From Octopus vulgaris (Eukaryota): a DNA stretch of 64,000 nt. Positions 1-11,443 of the stretch are shown piece by piece. The stretch lies in NCBI GenBank assembly GCA_951406725.2, contig OX597824.1, forward strand, positions 55,800,001 to 55,864,000. The letters are read 5' to 3'. The first letter of the stretch is position 1. Every line of letters starts with the position of its first letter. A program made the position numbers and the translations under genes. A model generated the notes under the pieces. It ran no database searches and was not told the origin of the DNA. It saw nothing but the letters and a program-made list of their open reading frames with translations.

Positions 1-19
1 TATACTTATTCTTTAAATT

Positions 20-480
20 TGTAGTGACACTATTTTTGGAAGTTTTCAACGCTCATGCGCAAAGTTGGATTACTTCTGGTAGGCCACCGGAAGTTCCCTC
101 ATGCGCATGCGTAGAGAACTGCAAACTGAAAGCATTCCTGCTAAATCTGTCTTTTTGAATCAGCAACCCTACCGAGTGGACGTGACCAACCTTCTCAGAG
201 GGAAAACCCTACATATAGAGAAGCTCTCTTCTAAGCAGGAACGGAGACGGTAATTTTGGCTCACATAAGTGAACATTTGTGAAGAGTCTTGTGGACTTGG
301 CTACTGGTTCACCCTTAAGGAAAATATATGTGTATATATTTTTATTTGCGAAACCCGGAAAATAAAGTATTATTTATTGCTATTGAAGACAGTTGGATTT
401 TATTTCTCCCTTTGACAATTGTATGTGACAAGATAAGACAGATACCCCTCAAGTGTTCTTGAGACCTTCATCTTGTTACA
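20..480 (+). mobile_element. 5' LTR of a Gypsy-type element
   Basis: TGTAGTG...GTTACA termini, AATAAA at 361, followed 2 nt later by a TGG PBS. Shares the motif GGAAGTTCCCTCATGC(G/A)CATG with the solo LTR at 10089-10592. Confidence 0.75.
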
Positions 481-482
481 AT

Positions 483-533
483 TGGTGACCCTGTCGTGAT
501 TCGAACACGCAGCCTTCTGATCTGGAGTCAGAC
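483..533 (-). other. Extended PBS, a copy of tRNA-Trp(CCA) nt 26-76 including the CCA end
   Basis: Reverse complement reads GTCTGACTCCAGATCAGAAGGCTGCGTGTTCGAATCACGACAGGGTCACCA: anticodon arm (CCA), T arm and CCA tail. About 2 mismatches to the recalled metazoan tRNA-Trp. Confidence 0.9.
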
Positions 534-559
534 TGTGTTCTTATTTTTAAAATCTTCCG

Positions 560-830
560 CCCATGGTTTCCAGGTAACAATCTCCACCCTCTCATGTCCC
601 ACTGGATATAGACACTTGGACACAGGTTTTTGTTCGAGATGACTCTGTCAAGGGACCTCTTGTTTCTCCTTATAAAGGACCTTTCTGTGTGCTTTCTCGC
701 ACACCCAAAGTTTTCACCATCGAAATGAATTGTCATACGGAGATCGTTTCAGTGGACCGACTAAAAAAAACACATTTTGAGGTGTCTACATCTCTTGATG
801 ACACCGCTGCCACACCCACTCTGAAATCAG
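560..830 (+). pseudogene. Gypsy integrase C-terminal (GPY/F) fragment
   Basis: Translates ...VFVRDDSVKGPLVSPYKGPFCVLSRTPKVFTIEMN...VSVDRLK. It lies directly after the PBS, so gag and RT are deleted. Confidence 0.75.
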
Positions 831-2115
831 AGTCATGTTTGTGGATTAAATTACCTGTATGTATGTTATATTTTTTCTAATGAACTGGAATATCTATGTT
901 TCGAATTTCATCAAAATTGCAGATGAGGGTTATTTCCCTCTTTACACACCCAAACAAAATTGTAATCGTGTCACATGTATCCCATACTACTGATTTTTAT
1001 GTGCATATTCCAAAATTCCAGTCTTATTGAACCTGTTAAAAAGATTTTGCTCCTGAAAAATGAAGGTCATGGAGCTCTAAAATGTGAGAGTTAAGGCCCC
1101 TGTTTGGGGTGGGCATCTTAATGTCAACCAAAGAAGTTGAATTGTTGAGAATCTTTTTAACTTGGGTCTTATATCTATTGTTTGAATTTCTTTGAAATAG
1201 GAAATATATGTTCACTGGGTTTGAATAATCACAATAAGCAGTCGGCTACTCTACCTTAGTCGTTACCACTCCCAATGTAGGATTCCTCACCATCCAGGTG
1301 ACAGGCACAGCCGTAAGATGCATTACGAATCTATAGCAATTGGAAGGGTGTGACCCAACTGAAATAAACATTAATAACTGTGTGACGTGAGGGCTAAGGA
1401 GAAATGAAAGTGTCACCTCTGGAGTTTGCAAATGACCACTATACTGATACATAATTGCACAGAAGAAATTTACAATCTATAAATGTCTTTGAATAACCAG
1501 TCACTCACCTGGGAAAGCCTTGAAATCAATCTGCGGATTGTGTGTGACCCAGTGATAATAAAAAGACTGAAACGAGGTCTGCAATCAAATAACTTTACTC
1601 AACACTTTGCAACTGAATCAGTGGAGGCAAAGATGCCTCTCATTTACTTGACAATTTATGCACCACATTGCAGAAATCACAATCTTAGTGTATGTCAAAG
1701 CAAAATCTTACACTGTTCTACCATTGAATTACAAAAAATGCATATCTTTTATGCTCGGGTAACCCAACAGCTTCCAAGAGTACAACTGTATTCGTTTTTG
1801 CTTAGATAAAAGGACAAAATTGTGGGTGTTAAGTCCCCATTGAGGGGTCTTTCTAACTTGGGGCTAAAACATTTTTAAGGATTTTAAGGAAATTTTACTT
1901 CATTTGTATCTAATATCTATGGTTAAAGTTTCGTCAACAGCAAAAATATATGAATTGTCATGGGGGTTGTGGCCCTTATGCATAGAATATAATTTCCAAA
2001 TAACATAAAGATCCATTCAGTACTTTTGACCTAGTTTTGGATCATAAAAGAAATGACTAAAATTTGGGAGTTAAGGCTCCCATTAGGGTGTTATATATAT
2101 ATATATATATATACA

Positions 2116-2246
2116 CAGGGTGTCCCAAAAAAATGTATACACATAGTGGTTCAGCAAAAGAGAACGATAGAATAAGTACTAGGCTTACAAAGAATAACAA
2201 ATTTACAATTATTTAAGGTGTGTATACATTTTTTGGGGACACCCTG
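2116..2246. mobile_element. Tc1/mariner-type MITE
   Basis: About 27-bp TIRs CAGGGTGTCCCAAAAAAATGTATACAC / GTGTATACATTTTTTGGGGACACCCTG inside (TA)n. Confidence 0.8.
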
Positions 2247-2360
2247 TATATATATATATACATATATATATATATAATATTAGGGAGTATATCCAAACTT
2301 ACAGGGAAAAATTAGATTTAGGATTAAATCAAATTTCACAATATAAATATAATGTAGAAA

Positions 2361-2747
2361 TGTAGAAATTCGGCAAAGAAATGAATTTTCGGCATGTAGC
2401 CTGGAGGGTTTTTTCGTATTAATCGTTTGGACTTTGTGAACACATACCTATTGTTTTCATAACATTTTTAACGCTTTGAATTAAATGTGAACATTTTGTG
2501 TTGAGTCTGCAATTTGAATCACTTTTTGGTGATTCAAATTGCAGACTCAACGCAAAATGTTCACATTTAATTGAATCACTTTTTGGTGATTCAAATTGCA
2601 GACTCAATGCAAAATGTTCACATTTAATTCAAAGCGTTAAAAATGTTATGAAAACAATAGGTATGTGTTCACAAAGTTCAAACGATTAATACGAAAAAAC
2701 CCTCCAGGCTACATGCCGAAAATTCATTTCTTTGCCGAATTTCTACA
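2361..2747. repeat. Near-perfect long palindrome with a 57-bp internal tandem duplication
   Basis: Arms of about 160 bp (TGTAGAAATTCGGCAAAG... / ...CTTTGCCGAATTTCTACA). The central hairpin unit is duplicated. Confidence 0.9.
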
Positions 2748-3159
2748 ATATTTACGGCGATTCGTTTTTATATCTTGATTTTTTTATTTTTCATGCAATT
2801 TACACATGCTTGCACGCGTGGTGAACACAGTTCACTTGAAACAGCTGACTGAGTAAAGTTCACTATTCAATGCATAGGATAAGGCCTAAACAAACACATT
2901 ATAGATTTTTGCACTTGCGAGATGAATTTCGGAACAGAAATAGCAGTTCAATTTTCATTTGCCTAAACTTTAAGTGACCCATTTTTGGTGGTTCTACGAT
3001 TTGTTGGCCGGAAAGTTAAACACACAGACACACAAGTTGAGTTTTATATATATAGATATAGATATAGATATACACACACACACATACAAAGACAAATTGA
3101 TAGATACAACTGAGTGGGCAAACTAAAATATGAGACACAGCCTAGTGCTTTTTTTATGT

Positions 3160-3350
3160 TGATAAGCCTGGTACTTATTCTATTAGTTTGTTCTTGTGAA
3201 ACCAGTAAGTTATGTGGATGTAAATAAATGAACAGCAGTTGTGAAGCAGTGATGAAAGCGAAACACAGAGACAAAGACACACACATACACTTACATATAT
3301 ACATACATATATATACAATTGATTTGTTTCAGTTCCTGTCTACGAAATCC
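3160..3350 (-). mobile_element. Partial tRNA-derived SINE (family of 61315-61705)
   Basis: GGTACTTATTCTAT...TTTCAGTTCCTGTCTAC is the reverse complement of the SINE body at 61.4-61.6 kb. Duplicated, with its flank, at about 6095-6350. Confidence 0.65.
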
Positions 3351-3358
3351 ATATATAT

Positions 3359-5957
3359 TGTTGTTGGCATCCTTTTTGTCTCGGGAGACAATGGAGTTGC
3401 GCATAAAATAATCTTGTCCGGCTTTTACATTTCATGTCCTAATATATCTCCTGCTGTGGCTGTGTAGTCCTATCCTGGACAAACACTCCCTCTGACAGGT
3501 GCCGCAAATGTAGTGAAGACTTTGCCTGGCTGGTTGTAATGTCATAGTTTCTTGTTGACGCCTTTTCTTGTCTTTCCATTTCTCCTCTCTCTCTCTATGT
3601 CACTCCTTTGCGTTCCCTCTTTTATGGTACGTCGCCAATCTCCACGGTTGCTGGCAACAGCTTCCCAGTTGCTAATATTGATGTTGCAGGCATTTATGTC
3701 CCTTTTGTAAACATCTTTGTATCGTAAGAACGATTTTCCCACAGACCTAGTGTCCCTAGCAGGCTCTCCATAGAGTATGTCCTTGGGGATTCTGCCATCT
3801 TCCATACGGCTAACATGTCCAAGCCATCTCATATGTCTTTGTGTGAGGAGTGCAAACATGCTTGGTATTCCTGCTTGCTTGAAGACATCTTTGTTGGGGA
3901 CATGATTCTGCCATTTGATACGGAGGATTTTCTGCAGGCAGCACAGGTGAAAGATATTTAGGCGACACTCTTGGCGTGTGTATGGCGTCCAAGTCTCACT
4001 TCCATACAGTAGAGTGCTAAGTACACATGCCTGGTAAATCTTCATTTTTGTGGTCTTTGTCAGCTTATTGTTGTCCCATGCCTGTTTGGAGAGTTGGACT
4101 ATCGCAGCAGCTGCCTTTCCAATGCGTATATTGAGCTCAGCATCAAGGGATAGGTTGTAGGTGATGGTAGAGCCAAGATAGGTAAACTTCTCCACCTCCT
4201 GTCGTCTGTGGTCTCCAATATGTATATTTGGGATGTCCGATGTAGCCTGACCCATGATGTTGGTCATCTTGGAGGCTGATAACTAAGCCAAATTCGCTAC
4301 ATGCTTGCTCAAAACAGTTGATGAGCCTTTGTAGGGCTTCTTCTGTGTGTGATACCAGAGCGGCATCATCAGCAAATAGCATCTCCTTGATCAGGACGCT
4401 TCTGATTTTGGTCTTGGCACACAGACGTGCAGAAACACTCCATCATTTGATGTCTCAAAGGCATGTGACAGCAGCAGCAAGAAGATGCCAAATAATGTAG
4501 GAGCAAGGACACAACCTTGCTTTACCCTGTTTTTTATTTGGAAGGCGGCTGATGTTGAACCATTGTGCTGTATGGTGCCTTGCGTATCATCATGGAAAGA
4601 TATGATTATCATCAGCAGCTTTGGTGGACAATCGATTTTTTGGAGCAGGATGAAGAGGCCTTTGTCAGATCAATGAAGGCCATATATAATGGCATTTTCT
4701 GCTCTCTGGACTTCTCCTGAAGTTGGCCTATGGAGAATATCATGTCAATAGTTGATCTGCTTCTTCTAAAGCCACACTGCAATTCTGGATAAATTCAAGA
4801 AGCAAGCAGTTGTAGCCTGGACAGGATAACATGAGCAAAAGCCTTAGAAGAGATATTCCATGGTAATTGTTACAATCACCACAGTCACCTTTGTTTTTGT
4901 AAAGCGTAATGATGTTAGCATCCCACATATCCTGAGGGACTGTACCCTTTTCCCAGCACTGACATAGAAGCTCATGAATGTGCCGAAGCAGGATGGTGTT
5001 TTTGCCAGTTTTGATGATCTCTAAGGGGATGCCGTCTTTCCCTGGAGCCTTGTTACTTGCTAGGGAGTCAATAGCCTTGGTGAGCTCTGCTATAGATGGC
5101 AGACTGTCAAGTTCACACATGACTGGCAAGATCTTGGCACCCTCGATTGCAGCCTCAGCTACAATGGTCTCCCGTGAGTAGTGATCCTGGTAGTACTCCA
5201 CCCATCTATCCATTTGCTTGCTTTGGTCCTTGATAAGATCTCCAGTAGTTGATTTCAGAGGAGCTGACTTGGTTGCAGATGGACCGAGGGCCTTCTTCAC
5301 ACCGGCATACATCCCACGGGTGTTGCCACTGTCAGCAGCTGACTGGATACTCTGACAGATTTCCTGCCAATGCCTATTTGCACAGCGTCTGGCAGTCAGT
5401 TGGTTTTATTTCTTGCCTTTCTAAGTTCTTCGAGTGACTTTGTAGAAGAATCACTCTTGTATTGCATCAGAGCTGCATGCTTTGCTTCGATAACTGTTTC
5501 CAGCTCTGAGAGCCCAGCACTGAACCAATCTAGCTTTTGCCTTTCTCTCATGCCGAAAGTATCTATTGATGTAGTATACAAAGTTTCCCTGATATAATTC
5601 CACTTACTTTCAGCAGAGGAGGTTGGGCAGCTACTGAGAGCAACCTTGATAGAAACAGCAAAACATTTTCGCAATGCAGGGTCTGAGGTTCTGGCAAGTG
5701 TTAATGCGTGGTCGGCCCATTTCTTGGAGTGATGGACTTTGTTAGGCAGAATCCTCACCCTGATTCTTATTAGTGAATGATCTGTGTCACAATCCGCGCT
5801 GTGGTAACTACGGGTCAGTTGAACAGAATTCAGAAAGTCTCCAAGATGCCTTGTGGGATGTCTTGTTGGCAAAGAATGTGTTGGTGATGCACAGGTTATG
5901 GTATGTGCAAAATTCAAGTAGTCTCTGACCATTGTCATTCATGTTGCCAATACTAAA
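3359..5957 (-). mobile_element. RTE-clade LINE, 5'-truncated and frameshifted
   Basis: APE remnant (DCDTDH), RT motifs KAPGKDGIP, IITLYKNKGD, KQGCVLAPTLF, LFADD, LLYGSETW, RWLGHV. Short (CAA)n tail and 78-bp flanking direct repeats. Confidence 0.92.
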
Positions 5958-6041
5958 ACACATACACTTACATATATACATACATATATATACGATTGAT
6001 TTGTTTCAGTTCCTGTCTACAAAATCCATATATATGTACAC

Positions 6042-6092
<51 letters not shown>

Positions 6093-6164
6093 GATAAATT
6101 GATAGATACAACTGAGTGGGCAAACAAAAATATGAGACACTGCGCAGTGGTTTTTTATATTTTG

Positions 6165-6472
6165 ATAAGCCTGGTACTTATTCTATCAGTTTCTTCTTGT
6201 GAAACCAGTAAGTTATGGGGATGTAAATAAACAAACACCAGTTGTGATGCAGTGATGAGGGAGAAACACAACGACACACACATAGACTTACATATATACA
6301 TACATATACATACAATTGATTTCTTTCAGTTTCTGTCAACAAAATCCACTGACAAGGTTTTGGTTGGTCTGAGGCTATAGCAGAAGACACATGCCAAGTT
6401 ACCACACAGTGGGTCTGAACTAAGGACCATGTGTTTTGGAACCAAGTTTGTTACCACAGAGCCACACCTGCA
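6165..6472 (-). mobile_element. tRNA-derived SINE
   Basis: Reverse complement begins GCAGGTGTGGCTCTGTGGTAAC and follows the 61315-61705 copy. Confidence 0.7.
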
Positions 6473-6551
6473 CTTATGTATTTGTGTGTGTGTGGGGGGG
6501 TATGTGTGTATGGGTGTATATATGCATGCACGTATATATGTGTATATATAT

Positions 6552-9500
6552 GGTCAGGTCACTTTTGAGTGCTACTGGTAACATGTAACCCAGTACAACC
6601 TATTGCATGGTCGGGTTGTCAGCGACTAAACCAGCATCCCCACCAAGCTTGCTTGGTGAGCAGGGTGTTTATTGGACACCCTGCGGGATGAAAAACAAAA
6701 CCCATCAAAGGGCGGAGGAACTCTTGAGATTCAACGGTCATCCAATAAATGTCTTAAGGCTGTATCATGCGTGGGGACATAGAATTAATCGGACTGAATA
6801 CTCGATCGCACGGTTAGACCATTGGGAGTGAAAGACTCCTAGCCTTTGTTAGGGCATCCTTCTAGGAGAAGGTAACTCAGGTAACTGGGATAACTCCGAC
6901 ATAAAACCTGTGGCTCAGTGGTTACCGATGATGTTGACTTGTTCTTTTTGGATTATGGCTGCTGTTGCTTAGTGAGTGGGATTGACTCACTTTAAAAAAA
7001 ATCTTCTTGCACAGGCATTGCACGATAACAACATTGATTGATTGATTAAATTGATTAACTAATTTATGATTGTTGATGGCGCTGTTAGTCTCAACTGAAT
7101 GGCTGGCTGTAGCCTTAAGAAGCAAAAAATCAATGATGTACCAAAACAGTATAAAAATAAATGGCAGTAAGGACTCTGGAACCACATCAACTGAAAGAAT
7201 CTGGCCCGGCAGGAGCTCCAGAGCATCACAGTCTGAACCCAGCCGTCATCATGCTACAGTGATAGAACCAAAGAAAATATTGAATATTGGCTGTTGGAAT
7301 GTACAGACACTGCTTGACCGCAAGTCCTCTGAATGTCCTGAAAGAAAGACTGCGCTTGTTGCGAAGGAGCTTCAATGGTATGATCTTGACATCATTGCTT
7401 TATCGGAGACAAAATTACCTTGAGATGGTCATCTTACAGAATCTTGTGGAAAATATACATTCTTTTGAAAAGGGAGGAATGAAGAGTTTTGAGGAGAAGC
7501 TGGAGTGGCATTTGCTGTTAAGACTACTCTTGTGGACAAGTTGGAAGAATTCCCAGTCGGAATTAACGAGCGTCTTATGTCCATGAGAATTCCTTTGGTT
7601 AAAGGAAATTATATGAGCTTGGTGAGTGTGTATGCTCCAACTATGTGCTATACTGATGACGAAAAACTTTCTTTCTACCATGCTTTGAAGGGCATTATAA
7701 GAAATATCCCTTGGGCAGACGAAGTCATCGTACTGGGTGACTTTAATGCTAGAGTGGGTAGGGATTTTAACACATGGACTGTAATTGGAAAGCATGGGGT
7801 GGGGGAAGTGTAATAGTAATTGCATGCTTTTGCTGCAGCTGTGTGAGGAGCTGCGTCTGCGTGTTACCAATACCATCTTTCAACAAAAGAATAAGTTTAA
7901 GACTACATGGATGCACCCTGCATCTAAAGAATGTCATATTCTGGATTACATCCTTGTTAGGGTGCGTGACAGACAGGATGTGTAGTGTGTTCGTGTTCTT
8001 CATGGAACTGAGTGTTGGACTGACCACCGCCTAGTTCATGCAAAAGTGAAATTAGTCACAAAACATAAAATCCGAGCTGCAGGGATTACCCTGCCTAAAA
8101 GACTGAATGTTGATCGTCTTAGGTGTAATAGTGTGAAGAGAACTTTACGAGAGGAAATGAATGCTGCAGATATTGGGGAAGATTGGCTGATCCTTAAAAA
8201 GTCAGTTTATGATATATGCAAGAAAGTTCTGGGATTGATACAAAGAAAGCATCAAGATTGGTTTAAAGAAAATGATGAACATATAAATGATTTCTTGGCT
8301 GATAAAAGATGTACTTTGTCACGCTATTTGTCAGCAAAGCCACAGGAAAGGGAAGTGTTGCATAGGGAACTCAAGGACGTAAAATCACGTGTGAGGCAAA
8401 AGCTCTCTCAGATGAGGGATACGTGGTGGAGTAAGAAGGCTGATGAGATACAGGCGGCATCAGATTCCAATAACACAAAGCTGTTGTATGGTCTCTTGCG
8501 AGAAGTTTATGGACCGACGTCTTCCCTGATGACACCACTTCGAAGCAGGGATGGTAAAGAACTTCTTCGTGATTCACAAGGAATTCTGCGAAGGTGGCAA
8601 GAACACTTTGATGAACTTTTGAATCAGCAGTCTGTAGTTAGTGAGGATGTTCTCAACCTCATCCCTGGATTACCTGTGAAGGCAGCACTCGCAGAACCAC
8701 CAAAGTTGGAAGAAGTTGAAGTGGCTGTCTCAAGGTTGAATAATGGGAAGTCTCCAGGTATGGATGGCATACATGCAGAGTTGTTACAACATGGTGGTGA
8801 GAAACTTTGCAGAAACTTCACTCTTTGTTTGGTAAGATATGGACTAGTGAATTTGTACCTGAGGACTGGAGAGATACAGTAATGGTGGTCCTGTATAAGG
8901 GTAAGGGCAACAGGAATGATTTTGGTAATTATAGAGGAGTATCATTGCTGTTTGTCGTAGCAAAGGTTTTATGCAGGGTACTTCTGGATCGTCTGCTGAA
9001 ATACATTGCAGATTTTGTTCTTCCAGAAAGTCAATCTGGCTTTCGTGTGGGACATGCCACTGCTGATATGATCTTTTCAGCTAGACAGCTTCAGGAGAAG
9101 CGTGTGGAACAGGGTCTGGATTTGTATCAGGCTTTTGTCGATCTGACAAAAGCCTTTGATACCGTCAATAGAAAAGCATTGTGGAAAGTCCTCCAGAAAC
9201 TTGGGTGTCCTGAAAAGTTCCTTGCATTGGTTAGGTCTTTTCATAAAGACATGAATGGTAGGGTGAATGTTAGAGGGAAAATGTTGGAGCCCATTTCAAT
9301 ACAAAAAGGAGTGAAACAGGGGCATATTCTGGCACCGACCCTATTTTCCATATATTTTGCGATGGTGTTCTGTATTGCATTCAGAAACTGCAGATACAGT
9401 GTTTACATCCATTATCGAACCTCTGGCAGCATATTTAATATCAGGCGCTTTGCTATGAAAACAAAGGTATTTACCTCTATCATGAGAAACCTTTTGTATG

Positions 9501-11252
9501 CAGATGATTGTGAGCTAGTAGCACACACAGAGATTGATATGCAACACATTTTGAATGCATTCTCTGATGCTTGCACTGCCTTAGGATTGACAGTCAATCT
9601 CAAGAAAACTGTTGTCATGCATCAACCTGCCCCTGGTAAGCAGTATAGTGTACCAAATATCTATGTGTATGGTAAACGACTTGATGTAGTTGATCAGTTT
9701 GTCTACCTGGGAAACACTATTAATAGATATAGCAATTTGGATGATGAAATTCTTTATAGAATTAGGAAAGCAAGTGTTGCTTTCGGAAGGCTAGAAAAGC
9801 GCCTCTGGAGTTGGCAAGACATATGCAGAAAGACAAAGATAAAGGTGAACAAGGCATGTGTGCTCTCTTCTCTTCTCTATGCCTGTGAGACGTGGGTCAC
9901 ATATCGATACCACCTTAAGCAACTGGAACGTTTCCATCAGATGTGTCTCAGACGGATCTATGGCATTAAGTGAAAGGACCGCATCAGTGATCTTGAAATA
10001 CTGGAAGGCTCTTGGTGTGAAAGTATAGAAGCTCTTGTGTTAAAGCAAAGGCTCAGATGGAGTGGTCATCTGGTCAGGATGAAGGATTTGTAGTGACGTC
10101 ATATTCCAGTGTGCGCACAAGCAACGTCATTCTTCAGTGTGCGTGTGCGGGGTTGGAACCTTCTGGAACCTTCTGGAAAGGCATAAGGAAGTTCCCTCAT
10201 GCACATGTGCTAGAGACTGAAGAAGAAATTCTATCGCGTTCCTTAATAGCATCGTTGACTTGAGACATGGCAATAGAAGAGAAAGGACATATTTTTAAAC
10301 GTGTGATCAGCCTATGCTCCTGTCCTAGACGCTTAGGATTTGACCTGTTCTGTTGCTGCTGAATTGTTGTAAGAATCTTACAAACGTTAGAATTCAGCCT
10401 TGCTGTGTTGAACTAGGTGGATACTTGTATACCATCGCGCTTCATTTGTGAATAAGAGAATAAAGAATCGTATATATTTTTAAAGTTGCGTTTTGTTACC
10501 GACTGGTAGTTTCTAGAAACAAAAAGAAAGGAAATTGTGTTGCACCCAAGTTGCACCCCAAAAGTGTAAAGGAGCAACCAGTTCCCTTTACAGATTCAAG
10601 GATGCCAAAACAACTCTTTTATGGAGAGTTAGCTAAAGGAGAACGACCTCCACATAAACCAAAAAAGAGGTATAAGGACTTGCTGAAGGCTTCCTTAAGA
10701 GATGCTTGCATCTCTCCTGACACATGGGAGGGCATAGCTATTGATCGTAGCAGGTGGAGAAGGATTGTGCACAAGGGGACAGCCACTTTTGAGAAATCTC
10801 GAGTTGCACATGAGAAAGTAAGGAGGGATGTCAGGAAGGGCATCGCTGTTACACTTCCAGATGGGAAAGGTCTTCCTATGATGCTGACATGCAGTGTCTG
10901 TGCAAGACCCTGCCTCAGTAAAGCTGGACTCAAGAGTCATCTTCGTAGTCATAAAGCGAGACAGATGAGTGACAACCTGGCCACTGCTGGTGGTGTTACA
11001 CACCATACTAATCATATCTGTCAGGCATGTGGAAGAGAGTGTAATTTGGCAGGAGGAGTTAAACGACATGCAAAGGTACATGAAGCCCAGTTGCAACTAC
11101 AGCCGGCTATTACCAGTAAAGGTTTTAGTTGCCAATTCTGTACAAGACATTGTAGATCTTTGGTTGGGCTATAAAGTCACATTCGATCACAGCACCAGTA
11201 ACAGTTAAACTTCGTGCAATGGCCATACTTGATAACAAGGGGGCAGCCATAA
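6552..11252 (+). mobile_element. Near full-length RTE LINE with three C-terminal C2H2 zinc fingers (pseudogenised)
   Basis: APE (GCWNVQTL, ALSET, VYAPT, GDFNARVG, LDYILV), RT (FVDLTKAFD, GVKQG, LLYADD), and three CxxC...H...H motifs at about 10890-11195. Several stops and frameshifts; interrupted by a solo LTR. Confidence 0.92.
10089..10592 (+). mobile_element. Solo LTR inserted in the RTE ORF
   Basis: TGTAGTG...TTTACA with 4-bp TSD GATT (10085-10088 / 10593-10596). Removing it restores the RTE reading VRMKDSRMPKQL. Confidence 0.9.
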
Positions 11253-11392
11253 TATATGTGTACATATTACATGTACATCTATATATATATATATGCATCT
11301 AGACAATCTATAGAAATGCATCTATACATATACATGTATACATATAGATCTATACATATACATGTATACATATACATGTATATATATACATG

Positions 11393-11440
<48 letters not shown>

Positions 11441-11443
<3 letters not shown>

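Noticed and set aside
483-533. Functional tRNA-Trp gene
   Set aside because: Lacks nt 1-25, has an encoded CCA and abuts an LTR, so it is a reverse-transcribed copy.
1483-1809. Host exon (donor-like AGGTGAGT on minus near 1505; similar site near 51155)
   Set aside because: No recognisable protein or partner exons; the 51155 site lies inside a TIR element.
6552-6830. HDV-like ribozyme in the RTE 5' UTR
   Set aside because: Hairpins are present (ACAACC/GGTTGT) but I could not assemble the nested double pseudoknot by eye; needs an RNArobo or Infernal search.
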